From: Acholeplasma laidlawii PG-8A
GTDB taxonomy: Bacteria; Bacillota_I; Bacilli_A; Acholeplasmatales; Acholeplasmataceae
Direction: 5' to 3'
Length of the DNA stretch: 32,000 nt
Assembly: GCF_000018785.1 (NCBI RefSeq)
Contig: NC_010163.1
Location: forward strand, 1,410,001-1,442,000
Below the pieces are notes generated by a model, which ran no database searches, had not been told where the DNA came from, and saw nothing but the letters and a program-made list of their open reading frames with translations. Numbering within the stretch: position 1 is the stretch's first letter; each line of letters begins with the position of its first letter. Positions 19,760 to 28,096 of the stretch are shown one piece after another. The translations under genes were made by a program, and so were the position numbers.

Positions 19760-19930
19760 CTATAATACTGGTTGAACATATATCATGAACATAATAAAGA
19801 CTGTTACGATAAATGCTACAACGTAAATTAGCCACTCATGGCGGTCAAAGAATTTAACAACTGTTTCTGCAAATCCTCTAGATCCTAGATATCTAATTGG
19901 TTCTACTAAGAATTTTAAAAATGATTTCAT
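19760..19930 (-). CDS. Small single-pass membrane protein (56 aa) between cdaA and the degenerate GGDEF gene
   Basis: Absent from the ORF track, likely because it is under 60 aa. ATG at 19928-19930, SD GGGGGATG overlapping the cdaA stop region, stop TAG at 19760-19762. Translation MKSFLKFLVEPIRYLGSRGFAETVVKFFDRHEWLIYVVAFIVTVFIMFMIYVQPVL. Confidence 0.75.
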   Translation of the reverse strand: MKSFLKFLVEPIRYLGSRGFAETVVKFFDRHEWLIYVVAFIVTVFIMFMIYVQPVL

Positions 19931-19942
19931 TAGATCATCCCC

Positions 19943-20695
19943 CTACTTCATGAATAATGATAAGTATTCATTTAAAGTACTTTCATCTTTCATTTTTGTC
20001 ATGACACCGTTAATCGCTAAAGAAATAGAGCCGGTTTCCTCTGATACTACAACTGTAAGTGAGTCCGTAATTTCTGATATGCCTAATGCTGCACGGTGTC
20101 TTGAACCTGTGGTCTTCTCAAAATTTTCATTACTAGATAAAATAAAGTAAGCACCCGCACAGACAATTTTATCTCCACGTACGATCACTGCACCATCATG
20201 TAGTGGTGTGTTTGGTGTAAATACATTGATCAGTAGTTCATGTGAAACTTCAGAGTTTAAGGTAATAGCTCTTTGAGCATATTGGTCTAAGTTATTATGT
20301 TTTTCAATTGTAATTAAACCACCAATACTTTGTTTAGATAATGAAAGTGCTGCTTTAATGATTTCAGATTTGGTGCGCTCACTACCCATAATGACTGCAC
20401 CTTGTCTTATTGTCTCTTTCCATAAGGATTCAAGTGTTAATCTAAAGTCTGGCGCACCTACAACAATAATAAATATTAGTAATAATACCGGTAATTGATC
20501 ATATGCACCGCTTGCCATTTTTAGTCCTAAGAAATCTGCTAAACCAAATAGAAGCCAAATAATAATATAAAGCAGGAACATCGAAAAAACACGTTTATTA
20601 TATAAAACGAATTTAAGTATTAATACAATTAATATATAGATTAAATAGAAGTCTAATATACTCCACCAATCTAAATTTACAGCCCAATCTGGCAT
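19943..20695 (-). CDS. cdaA: Diadenylate cyclase CdaA (c-di-AMP synthase)
   Basis: Three N-terminal TM segments, LHDGAVIVRGDKI (DGA motif), TGSRHRAALGISE (RHR motif), VVVSEETG. Confidence 0.95.
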   Translation of the reverse strand: MPDWAVNLDWWSILDFYLIYILIVLILKFVLYNKRVFSMFLLYIIIWLLFGLADFLGLKMASGAYDQLPVLLLIFIIVVGAPDFRLTLESLWKETIRQGAVIMGSERTKSEIIKAALSLSKQSIGGLITIEKHNNLDQYAQRAITLNSEVSHELLINVFTPNTPLHDGAVIVRGDKIVCAGAYFILSSNENFEKTTGSRHRAALGISEITDSLTVVVSEETGSISLAINGVMTKMKDESTLNEYLSLFMK

Positions 20696-20731
20696 ATAAT
20701 CACCTTCTTATTATTGTCAAGTTCAATTATG

Positions 20732-20740
20732 ATTATATCA
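20732..20740 (-). promoter_or_regulatory. Extended -10 promoter for cdaA
   Basis: Minus strand TGATATAAT (TGnTATAAT) about 40 nt upstream of the ATG. Confidence 0.5.
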
Positions 20741-20875
20741 TAATACCTTATGTTTTCTTATATATACTTTGTATTAATGACTGATTTATGCAAGTTAAAA
20801 GATTATCTTCTACTTATCTTGATTCTATATAATGTCACATATTCATTTAGATTACTATGTATTGATAAATGTGCG

Positions 20876-20909
20876 TGATATAATCAAGGTGTCAAAAAGA
20901 TACTATCTT
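20876..20909 (+). promoter_or_regulatory. Extended -10 promoter plus inverted-repeat candidate operator for the hxlR-hflX pair
   Basis: TGATATAAT at 20876-20884, then palindrome AAGATA-C-TATCTT at 20897-20909 in the 5' UTR. Confidence 0.5.
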
Positions 20910-20935
20910 ACTAATGTAAACTATGGAGGTGTCAT

Positions 20936-21238
20936 ATGCAAAGTTGTTCAGTAGAACGTGCAGTCAACTTATTTGGAGATAAATGGAAGTTTTTAATTAT
21001 ACGTGATCTTATGGATGGTAAGATGCGTTTTTCAGAACTTAAAAACTCTATAGGAAATATCTCTCAAAAAGTATTAACTCAAAATTTAAGAGCTCTTGAA
21101 AGTAATGGATTACTTACAAGAACTGTTTACCCAGTTGTACCACCCAAAGTAGAATATGAATTAACTGAATTAGGTTATAGTTTAAAACTTGTGATAGACG
21201 CACTTAGAAAATGGGGAGAATTATATGCAAAAGCTTGA
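20936..21238 (+). CDS. HxlR family winged-helix transcriptional regulator
   Basis: CSVERAVNLFGDKWKFLIIRDLMDGKMRFSELKNSIGNISQKVLTQNLRALESNGLLTRTVYPVVPPKVEYELTELG. N-terminal Cys typical of the family. Confidence 0.93.
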   Translation: MQSCSVERAVNLFGDKWKFLIIRDLMDGKMRFSELKNSIGNISQKVLTQNLRALESNGLLTRTVYPVVPPKVEYELTELGYSLKLVIDALRKWGELYAKA

Positions 21239-22475
21239 TAGAGCTATTTTAGTTGCACTTAATTATCAAGGTAATTATGAATCATGTAAGCTGTCACTTG
21301 ATGAATTAGAAGAGTTAGCAAAAGCTGTTCAAATTAAGACTGTAGATAAAGTTATTCAATCCAATGATAAAATTGAACCTAAATTTTTTATTGGTAGTGG
21401 AAAAGTTTTAGAAATCAAACAAATGATAGATATCTTAAATGTTGATATGGTTATTTTTGATGATACCTTATCCCCTGCCCAAATCAGAAACTTAGAAGAG
21501 GCTTTAGATGTTCAAATATTTGACCGTGCCTTTTTAATTTTACAGATTTTTGCATTAAGAGCTCAAACCAAGCAGGCTATGCTTGAAGTTGCACTTGCTC
21601 AAAAACTTTATATGCTACCACGTTTAGCTGGTATGGGTAAATCTCTATCTAGACAAGGTGGTGGTTCATTTAACGCTAAAGGGCCTGGTGAAACCAAATT
21701 GGAAACAGATAGACGTCGATTAAATATGGAAATCACACGTTTAAGAGTATCGCTTGAAGGTATTAAAAAAGAGCGTGGTGAATCTCGAAAACGTCGCTTT
21801 AAAAATAGTATTCCAGTTGTAGCACTTGTTGGTTATACCAATGCCGGTAAGTCTTCTTTAATGAATCATTTATCTAATCTATATGGTACAAATAAAACTG
21901 AAGTATTTGAAAAGGATATGTTATTTGCTACACTAGACACGAAATCTAAACGTATTCAAAAAGACAATCAACCACCTTTTATCTTAATTGATACCGTAGG
22001 TTTTATATCTAAACTACCACCAGAGTTAATTAAATCTTTTGAATCTACTCTAGCAGATATTGCTTCAGCTGATCTTATCTTACATATTGTTGATGGTAAA
22101 AACTATAGTCCGCTACAAATAAACTTCACTAAACAAGTCATTAAAGATCTTGGTTTAGAAGAAACACCTAGATTACTTGTAGTGACTAAGAAAGATTTAT
22201 TAGTACATCAACCAAATATATTAGAAGATTATTTATTAATCTCTAATAAAACTGGTGAAGGCATGAATGACTTATATCAAGCAATTAGTGCACATATCTA
22301 TAAAGACTCAAGAATATTTAAACTACTACTTCCTTTTGATAAGGGTTCTATTTATGAACGTCTAAAATCAGATACAACCATTATTGAAACAAACTACACT
22401 GCTGATGGTATGTTTGTTAAGGTTGTACTCACACCTTATCTTTATAATTTATATAAACCTTATATCATGAATTAA
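21225..22475 (+). CDS. hflX: Ribosome-associated GTPase HflX
   Basis: GKGPGETKLETDRR-like motif (NAKGPGETKLETDRRRLNMEI), ALVGYTNAGKSSLMNHL (G1), DTVGFISKLPPELIKSFESTL (G3). Overlaps the upstream gene by 14 nt. Confidence 0.95.
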   Translation: MQKLDRAILVALNYQGNYESCKLSLDELEELAKAVQIKTVDKVIQSNDKIEPKFFIGSGKVLEIKQMIDILNVDMVIFDDTLSPAQIRNLEEALDVQIFDRAFLILQIFALRAQTKQAMLEVALAQKLYMLPRLAGMGKSLSRQGGGSFNAKGPGETKLETDRRRLNMEITRLRVSLEGIKKERGESRKRRFKNSIPVVALVGYTNAGKSSLMNHLSNLYGTNKTEVFEKDMLFATLDTKSKRIQKDNQPPFILIDTVGFISKLPPELIKSFESTLADIASADLILHIVDGKNYSPLQINFTKQVIKDLGLEETPRLLVVTKKDLLVHQPNILEDYLLISNKTGEGMNDLYQAISAHIYKDSRIFKLLLPFDKGSIYERLKSDTTIIETNYTADGMFVKVVLTPYLYNLYKPYIMN

Positions 22476-22562
22476 TTTTTACAAAATTTACACATTCTAT
22501 ACAATTGATTTATTGCAAATTTGATCTTCACATGATATACTTTTTCCATGTTTGATAGTTTT

Positions 22563-22630
22563 GTCGTATAATTGGCTAAATATGGTGGCCAGAGTTTCTA
22601 CCGCAATACCGTAAATATTGCGACTACGAT
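22563..22630 (+). promoter_or_regulatory. Purine riboswitch aptamer, guanine/hypoxanthine class (C at the specificity position)
   Basis: P1 GTCGTA/TACGAT; P2 TTGGCTA/TGGCCAG with loop AATATGG; J2/3 TTTCTA; P3 CGCAATA/TATTGCG with loop CCGTAAA; J3/1 ACT. Core sequences match the xpt-type consensus. Confidence 0.96.
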
Positions 22631-22667
22631 GAGCAACTTTTCTTTTTTAAGTTGTCATGTAGATAGA

Positions 22668-22706
22668 AACCCTTTGTACCTTCAGCAAGTTCAAATGGTT
22701 TTTTTT
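22668..22706 (+). terminator. Riboswitch expression-platform terminator
   Basis: AACCCTTTG...CAAATGGTT stem (one internal mismatch) followed by TTTTTT; about 45 nt before the permease ATG. Confidence 0.75.
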
Positions 22707-22751
22707 GTTTTTGACATCCTTTCAAACAAAAAAGAAAAAGGAGAATCATAA

Positions 22752-24119
22752 ATGAATCAAATTAAAAAGTTCTTCAAGTTTGAAGAACGCGGCGCGTCTT
22801 TCCGTGCAGAAATTATTGGTGGCATTGTCACATTCTTAGCGATGAGCTATATTTTAGTCGTAAATCCTGGTATTGCATCTGGATTATGGTCTGGAGAGGC
22901 TGGTATTCCTTATGGTGGTGTATTCTTTGCAACTGTAGTTGGTGCATTTATCGCAACCATGGTGATGGCTTTACTAGCAAACCTACCCATTGGTTTAGCA
23001 CCTGGTATGGGTGTGAATGCATTCTTTGTAGGTGTCATTATTGGCCAATATGGCTACACATGGCAAGAAGCACTTGCATTGAGTTTTATTGGTGGACTTT
23101 TATTCTTACTTATCTCATTAACACCATTAAGACGTACCCTTATACAAGCAATCCCACAAGATCTTAAAGCTGCAATTGGTGTGGGTATTGGTTTCTTTAT
23201 TGCTTTTGTAGGTTTACGTTTATCCGGTGTTTTTGTTTGGAATGGTCAATTACAGTTAGGTGATCTTACAAGCCCTTCTGTCTTACTTGGACTATTTAGT
23301 GTTGTTTTAATCTTCATTGTACACTCTTTAAAACACGGTATTTCTAAATTCTCATTTATTATATCTATCGTTGTTACAGCACTTGTTGGGTTACTCTTAG
23401 GTCAACTTGGTGTTCAAAATATGCCATCCTTTGGTGAATTCAATTATGATGCATTTGCAGATATTCCCAATGTTGCTTTTGTTGGTGTATTTGAAGGCTT
23501 TAAAACTGTATTTACACAACCAGTATTTACTACACTATTCTTAGTATTTGCTCTCTTATTTGTGGATATTTTCGATACTGCTGGTACTTTAGTAGCTGTT
23601 GGTAAATCTGCTGGTTTAGAAGATAGTGAAGGTAATATTCCTAATTTAGATAAAGCACTACTTGCTGACTCTATTGGTACACTTGTTTCTTCTACACTAG
23701 GTACACCTGAAATTACTTCTTATGTAGAATCTACAACAGGGGTTGAAGCTGGTGCTAAAACAGGATTCTCATCTGTTGTGGTTGCACTATTATTCTTATT
23801 ATCTTTAGCATTATTTCCAATCTTTAATATCTTTACACACTCTTCTGTAACACTAGGTGCACTTGTTTTAGTTGGTGTGTTAATGTCTCAACAATTAAAA
23901 GAAATTGATTGGTCAAACATGACTTCTGCTATTACAGCATTTGTTGTGATTGTTGGTATGATTTTTACATCAAGTATTGCTGATGGTATCGCATTTGGAT
24001 TTATCGTCTATACTTTAATTAAACTTGTTCGTGGTGAGTATAAAGATGTTCACCCAATTATCTATGGATCAAGCGTATTATTTGTTGTATACTTCATCTT
24101 AACTGCAAACCTCATTTAA
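22752..24119 (+). CDS. NCS2 (AzgA-type) guanine/hypoxanthine/adenine permease
   Basis: FKFEERGASFRAEIIGGIVTFLAMSYILVVNPGI, ANLPIGLAPGMGVNAFF, LLFVDIFDTAGTLVAVG; preceded by a guanine-class riboswitch. Confidence 0.93.
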   Translation: MNQIKKFFKFEERGASFRAEIIGGIVTFLAMSYILVVNPGIASGLWSGEAGIPYGGVFFATVVGAFIATMVMALLANLPIGLAPGMGVNAFFVGVIIGQYGYTWQEALALSFIGGLLFLLISLTPLRRTLIQAIPQDLKAAIGVGIGFFIAFVGLRLSGVFVWNGQLQLGDLTSPSVLLGLFSVVLIFIVHSLKHGISKFSFIISIVVTALVGLLLGQLGVQNMPSFGEFNYDAFADIPNVAFVGVFEGFKTVFTQPVFTTLFLVFALLFVDIFDTAGTLVAVGKSAGLEDSEGNIPNLDKALLADSIGTLVSSTLGTPEITSYVESTTGVEAGAKTGFSSVVVALLFLLSLALFPIFNIFTHSSVTLGALVLVGVLMSQQLKEIDWSNMTSAITAFVVIVGMIFTSSIADGIAFGFIVYTLIKLVRGEYKDVHPIIYGSSVLFVVYFILTANLI

Positions 24120-24145
24120 TACATAAATTATTTAATTAATTAAAC

Positions 24146-24181
24146 AAAAGAGTTCACTTAGCTGGAAGTGAACTCTTTTTG
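24146..24181 (+). terminator. Rho-independent terminator downstream of the permease
   Basis: 14-bp perfect stem AAAAGAGTTCACTT/AAGTGAACTCTTTT with a 6-nt loop, followed by T. Confidence 0.85.
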
Positions 24182-24276
24182 TATGTTAGTAAGATGTTTG
24201 AATCATCTAAGAATATGAATTAAATATCGTTTCATGTTGTTTTTTACATAATCATCCATTAGATTTCTATCCGTAA

Positions 24277-24320
24277 TAAAAATGACTCTAAGTTTTATGC
24301 ACACTTAGAGTCATTTTATT
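24277..24320 (-). terminator. Terminator at the 3' end of the minus-strand transporter operon (possibly bidirectional)
   Basis: Stem ATGACTCTAAGT...ACTTAGAGTCAT flanked by A/T tracts on both sides, between convergent genes. Confidence 0.75.
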
Positions 24321-24342
24321 TAAGTTTTTATGAAATATTATT

Positions 24343-25728
24343 TTATAAGAAGAATAACATTGATAATAAGAACATAAATATGACACCGGCAACCATTGGG
24401 ACCCAAGTACGTTTTACGATACTAAATGGTGTTTGTTTCGTTGAACCAGCGACAATAACTATCACTGCTGAAACCGGTGAAACAGCTCTTAGTAAGTTAC
24501 CTGCTAAGCCCATTGGGACTGTAATAGCAAAAGCACTAATACCTGCTGCAAGTGCTAATGGTGCCATTAATGGTACCATCGCATAGAATAAAGCTGTACC
24601 TGAACCAGATAGAATAACAATAACTGCTGTTAAGATTACTAAAATTAGTGGCAATGTGAAGCCCGGAACATTAGTTGTGGTCATAACTTCTTGAAGATGT
24701 GAAATAATACCTACTGATTTTAAACCTTCAACAAAGACACCTGCTGCAACTAATAATGCAACAATACCCATTGCATTACCCATACCCTTGAAGAATGATT
24801 CTGTACCATCTAGTACTTGACGTGGGTTTCTACTTCTAATAATTTCAGCAACGACTGCAATCAAGAAGGATACTAGTGTAACCAATTCAACAGACATAGA
24901 AATATCGGTTGTACCTGGAATTAAGTTATAACCATATAAGGCTAATAATAGCACGATTGGTAATAAAGGCAATAGTGTATAAACTGTTTTATAAAGTGCA
25001 CTACCTTTAACTTCTTTGATTTCTTGTAATTGTAGTTCTTCTACTTGTACAACACCCTTTGTTGTGTCTTTTTTATCTGAATATTTTTGCCAGAAGTAGT
25101 GAACAACCGCCATGAATAATAAGGTTGGTACAGATACAATTGCATGGTAGCTAAACACATAAGTTGCAACATCCATACCTAATTCGGCAGCTATTGCAAC
25201 GTTATCGCCACCAAGTGGTGTTGGCATAACTGTAGCTGTGGTTGCAATTACAGCGGCTGCTGTTAATGTTGACATACCTGATTTCTTTAATACCGGATAT
25301 AAAGTTGCCAACAATATAATAGCTAGGTTTGATGCACTTGGAATAACTAGAGATAATACGTTACCTAGTAAAAAGACAATTGGTACTAAGATCCAAGCAG
25401 ATTTGATCCCTTTTAGTGGTTTGGTCAATGTGTTAACAGTGACTTCATTCGCACCAATTGCGCTCATATAAGCCGTGTAACCACCTTATATTAAAATGAT
25501 GAATCCGGCACGTGGTAGGACAGCTTTAAATTGATCAATAATCAAATTAAATGGTGCCATAAATTCTGAAAACTGTGTGGTTGGTAGATTACCCATAAAC
25601 ATAGCAACTACAACCAATAACATCCCTACAACGAGCAATGTAACCTTGATGTCTAATTTCTTTAACAGCATATAAATAACTGCTGCAACAGCTAATATAC
25701 TAGCCGCATACATTAAGAATAAATTCAT
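24343..25728 (-). pseudogene. DcuC-family (C4-dicarboxylate carrier-like) transporter interrupted by one in-frame TAA
   Basis: ORFs 25486-25728 (...LPRAGFIILI*) and 24343-25467 (MSAIGANEV...) are in the same frame. The 6 codons between the TAA (25486-25488) and the next ATG read GGYTAY, giving IILI*GGYTAYMSAIGANEV, a continuous transporter sequence. Confidence 0.75.
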
Positions 25729-25746
25729 ATTTTATCTCCTGTTTTT

Positions 25747-26667
25747 TTAGTTGCACTTAGAAAGTGCATTTAATAACCATTCACTAAACATACTCGCATT
25801 GATATCTAGACAAACAGTTGCATTTGGTTCTTTCTTCAAATAGCCTTTTAAGTCTACTAAAGTAGTACCTGCTGTATATTCACCTTGAGTTTCTATTGAA
25901 ACATGTGTATAAACTGTTTCATACATTTCTTTTTTAAGTAAGTATGCTATTGCACAAGAATCATACATTTTTAAACCAGTTTTCAAAGAACCACCACGGT
26001 ATTTTTGGAATAATGAATAAATCATTTCACCAGTTTTATTTTGTGCTTTGATTTTAAGTGAGTCTTCATGGAAAACAAGTGCTTTCCACCCAACATCTAA
26101 ACCAGCCATCACAATCTTTACCCCTGATTCAAATACAATCTTGGCTGCTTCGGGATCAAAACCTATATTAAACTCAGAATATACCCCATAATTACCCCTA
26201 ATTGAAGAACCACCCATCAAAACAATCTCTTCTATATGAGGTTTCACTTCTGGGTAGGTTGATAACAATAAAGCAATATTTGTTAATGGTCCAATCGGTA
26301 CTAATGTTATTTTTTCACTAGATGCTAAAATAGTACGTCTCATTGCCTCAACTGCGTGTTCTTCTAGTAAGACACTTGTATCTGGTGCTTCAAAATCATA
26401 ACCATCCATACCAGACTCACCATGAACACCTGAAGCATCTTCGTTTTGTCTAAGCAGTGGTTTCTTAGCACCTTTTGCTACCGGTACACGCTTATTCCAA
26501 AAAGTTAATAACTTGAGTAAATTGTTAGTAACTTTATCTAGACTCACATTACCTGATACAGTGGTCAATAATTTTACATCTAATTCTTCTGAGAATAATG
26601 CAATTGCAATTGCAACAGCATCATCAATACCGGGATCGGTATCAATTATGATTGGTTTTTTACTCAT
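25747..26667 (-). CDS. Inosine-uridine-type nucleoside hydrolase
   Basis: IIIDTDPGIDDAVAIAIAL (Ca-binding DTDPGxDD), LVPIGPLTNIALLL, VLMGGSS, EFNIGFDPEAAKIVFES. Confidence 0.95.
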   Translation of the reverse strand: MSKKPIIIDTDPGIDDAVAIAIALFSEELDVKLLTTVSGNVSLDKVTNNLLKLLTFWNKRVPVAKGAKKPLLRQNEDASGVHGESGMDGYDFEAPDTSVLLEEHAVEAMRRTILASSEKITLVPIGPLTNIALLLSTYPEVKPHIEEIVLMGGSSIRGNYGVYSEFNIGFDPEAAKIVFESGVKIVMAGLDVGWKALVFHEDSLKIKAQNKTGEMIYSLFQKYRGGSLKTGLKMYDSCAIAYLLKKEMYETVYTHVSIETQGEYTAGTTLVDLKGYLKKEPNATVCLDINASMFSEWLLNALSKCN

Positions 26668-27584
26668 TTTGATTCCTCCATTAATTTTTCTATATCACTG
26701 TAGGTGCCCATTGCATCTTCGACACCTTCTTTTAAGCAAGCATATGCGCCAGCTGCTGATGCAATCTTTAAGCATGTTGTTATAGGTTCATGCATTGCTA
26801 ATCCATAAGCAAATGCTCCTATGTAAGCATCACCAGCACCAGTTGTATCTACTGTTTTAATCTTATAGGCTTTGGATTCATATAACTCATCTTTAGACAT
26901 GTAGACAGAACCTTTAGAGCCCATTGTAACTATTAATCTTGTGATACCTTTTTTAAATAAATATGATGCTGCTTTTTTAACATCTTGTTCGTGTGTTGGG
27001 TATACACCTGATAAAATCTCACATTCTGTTTGATTTAAAATAATGTAATCCACATAAGGATAAATATCTTCCTCTAAATATCTAGAAGGCGCAGGATTTA
27101 GAATCGTAATCATATTTAATGACTTCGCCTTCTTAAACGCACTCTTTACAATTTCATACGGAATTTCATATTGAGATACCAATATATCACCTGGATTTCC
27201 TTGAACTGCCTCTAGTACTTTATCTTGTTCTATTTTATGGTTTGCACCCTCATGTAATATAATTCGATTATCACGATTAGTTCGTGTAATAAAGGCCATT
27301 CCAGTATGGCTGTCTGCTAATGATACGTATCTAGTATCAACACCATTTTTTTCGATGGATATTAATGCTTCTTTGCCAAAAATATCTTTACCAACAGCAG
27401 CAATCAAATAAGTTTTAGCGCCAAGTTTTGCTGCTGAGACAGCCTGATTTGCTCCCTTATCCCCAATATTTTTGATAAATTCATGACCACTTTTAGTTTC
27501 CCCTTCAAGTGGTATTTTGTCAACTGAAATTGACATATCAACATTAATACTACCTAATACATATACTTTATTTTTTTGGTTCAT
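26664..27584 (-). CDS. rbsK: Ribokinase (PfkB family)
   Basis: VLGSINVDMSISVDKIPLEGET, GDKGANQAVSAAKLG, TVDTTGAGDAYIGAFAYGL. Confidence 0.92.
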   Translation of the reverse strand: MNQKNKVYVLGSINVDMSISVDKIPLEGETKSGHEFIKNIGDKGANQAVSAAKLGAKTYLIAAVGKDIFGKEALISIEKNGVDTRYVSLADSHTGMAFITRTNRDNRIILHEGANHKIEQDKVLEAVQGNPGDILVSQYEIPYEIVKSAFKKAKSLNMITILNPAPSRYLEEDIYPYVDYIILNQTECEILSGVYPTHEQDVKKAASYLFKKGITRLIVTMGSKGSVYMSKDELYESKAYKIKTVDTTGAGDAYIGAFAYGLAMHEPITTCLKIASAAGAYACLKEGVEDAMGTYSDIEKLMEESK

Positions 27585-27990
27585 AAAACATCACCATTCC
27601 ACTTCCAAAACCTTCACTAGGTCTTTCAATAAAACCATATTTAGTATAAAACTTTTCTTTTCCCGGTGTAGACATCAGACCAACATATGCACCTTTTGCT
27701 GCGTGTTGATCTAGGTACTCAAATATGCTTAACATCAATAAATGACCAATACTCTTATTCTGGTACGCAGGAATTGTTACAACATCTTTGATAAAAAATG
27801 CTATTCTATTATCTCCAACAATACGAGCAATTCCAACTGCCTTTTCTCCATCATATGCAACAACTGTGTACAAGGAGTGCTTAATTGCTTCATCAATATC
27901 CCCATCTTCATAGGATTTGAAACCCACTGTATCTCTAATTTTTTTATACAGTTCTACAGTTAACCCATTTTTTACAATATTTATATTCAT
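27568..27990 (-). CDS. GNAT family N-acetyltransferase
   Basis: VAYDGEKAVGIARIVGDN, IKDVVTIPAYQNKSIGHLLMLSIFEYL, FYTKYGFIERP. Confidence 0.88.
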   Translation of the reverse strand: MNINIVKNGLTVELYKKIRDTVGFKSYEDGDIDEAIKHSLYTVVAYDGEKAVGIARIVGDNRIAFFIKDVVTIPAYQNKSIGHLLMLSIFEYLDQHAAKGAYVGLMSTPGKEKFYTKYGFIERPSEGFGSGMVMFYEPKK

Positions 27991-28002
27991 AATTGCTCCT
28001 TT

Positions 28003-28018
28003 GGTAAAACGTTTTACC
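28003..28018 (-). promoter_or_regulatory. Candidate LacI-family operator
   Basis: Perfect 16-bp palindrome GGTAAAACGTTTTACC with central CG, just downstream of the operon promoter. Confidence 0.8.
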
Positions 28019-28031
28019 TAGTTACACCTAC

Positions 28032-28060
28032 ATCATATCAAAAGATGAAAACGCTGTCAA
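28032..28060 (-). promoter_or_regulatory. Sigma-A promoter of the nucleoside-salvage operon
   Basis: Minus strand TTGACA - 17 nt - TATGAT. Confidence 0.85.
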
Positions 28061-28065
28061 GTATT

Positions 28066-28096
28066 TTATTAAAAAAAATAAAAGGCACTACGTGCC
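28066..28096 (-). terminator. Terminator of the lacI-type gene
   Basis: Minus strand GGCAC-GTA-GTGCC immediately at the stop codon, followed by TTTTTTTATTTTTTTT. Confidence 0.8.

Noticed and set aside
22563-22630. Adenine or 2'-deoxyguanosine riboswitch variant
   Set aside because: The J3/1 specificity base is C, not U, and the J2/3 sequence TTTCTA matches the standard guanine aptamer, so guanine class is preferred.
22886-23167. 93-aa plus-strand ORF inside the NCS2 permease
   Set aside because: Alternative frame inside a well-supported gene; cysteine/tryptophan-rich translation typical of an out-of-frame read.
24146-24320. Two strong hairpins between convergent genes as a possible small RNA or mobile element end
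   Set aside because: Each hairpin sits at the 3' end of a convergent transcript with adjacent T tracts, so ordinary terminators explain them.
25467-25488. Programmed frameshift between the two halves of the DcuC-like transporter
   Set aside because: The halves are in the same frame; the only interruption is one TAA codon, so frameshifting is not needed.
24380-27963. Plus-strand ORFs at 24380, 25238, 26513, 27517 and 27742
   Set aside because: Antisense to the transporter, nucleoside hydrolase, ribokinase and GNAT genes, with no supporting SD or homology.
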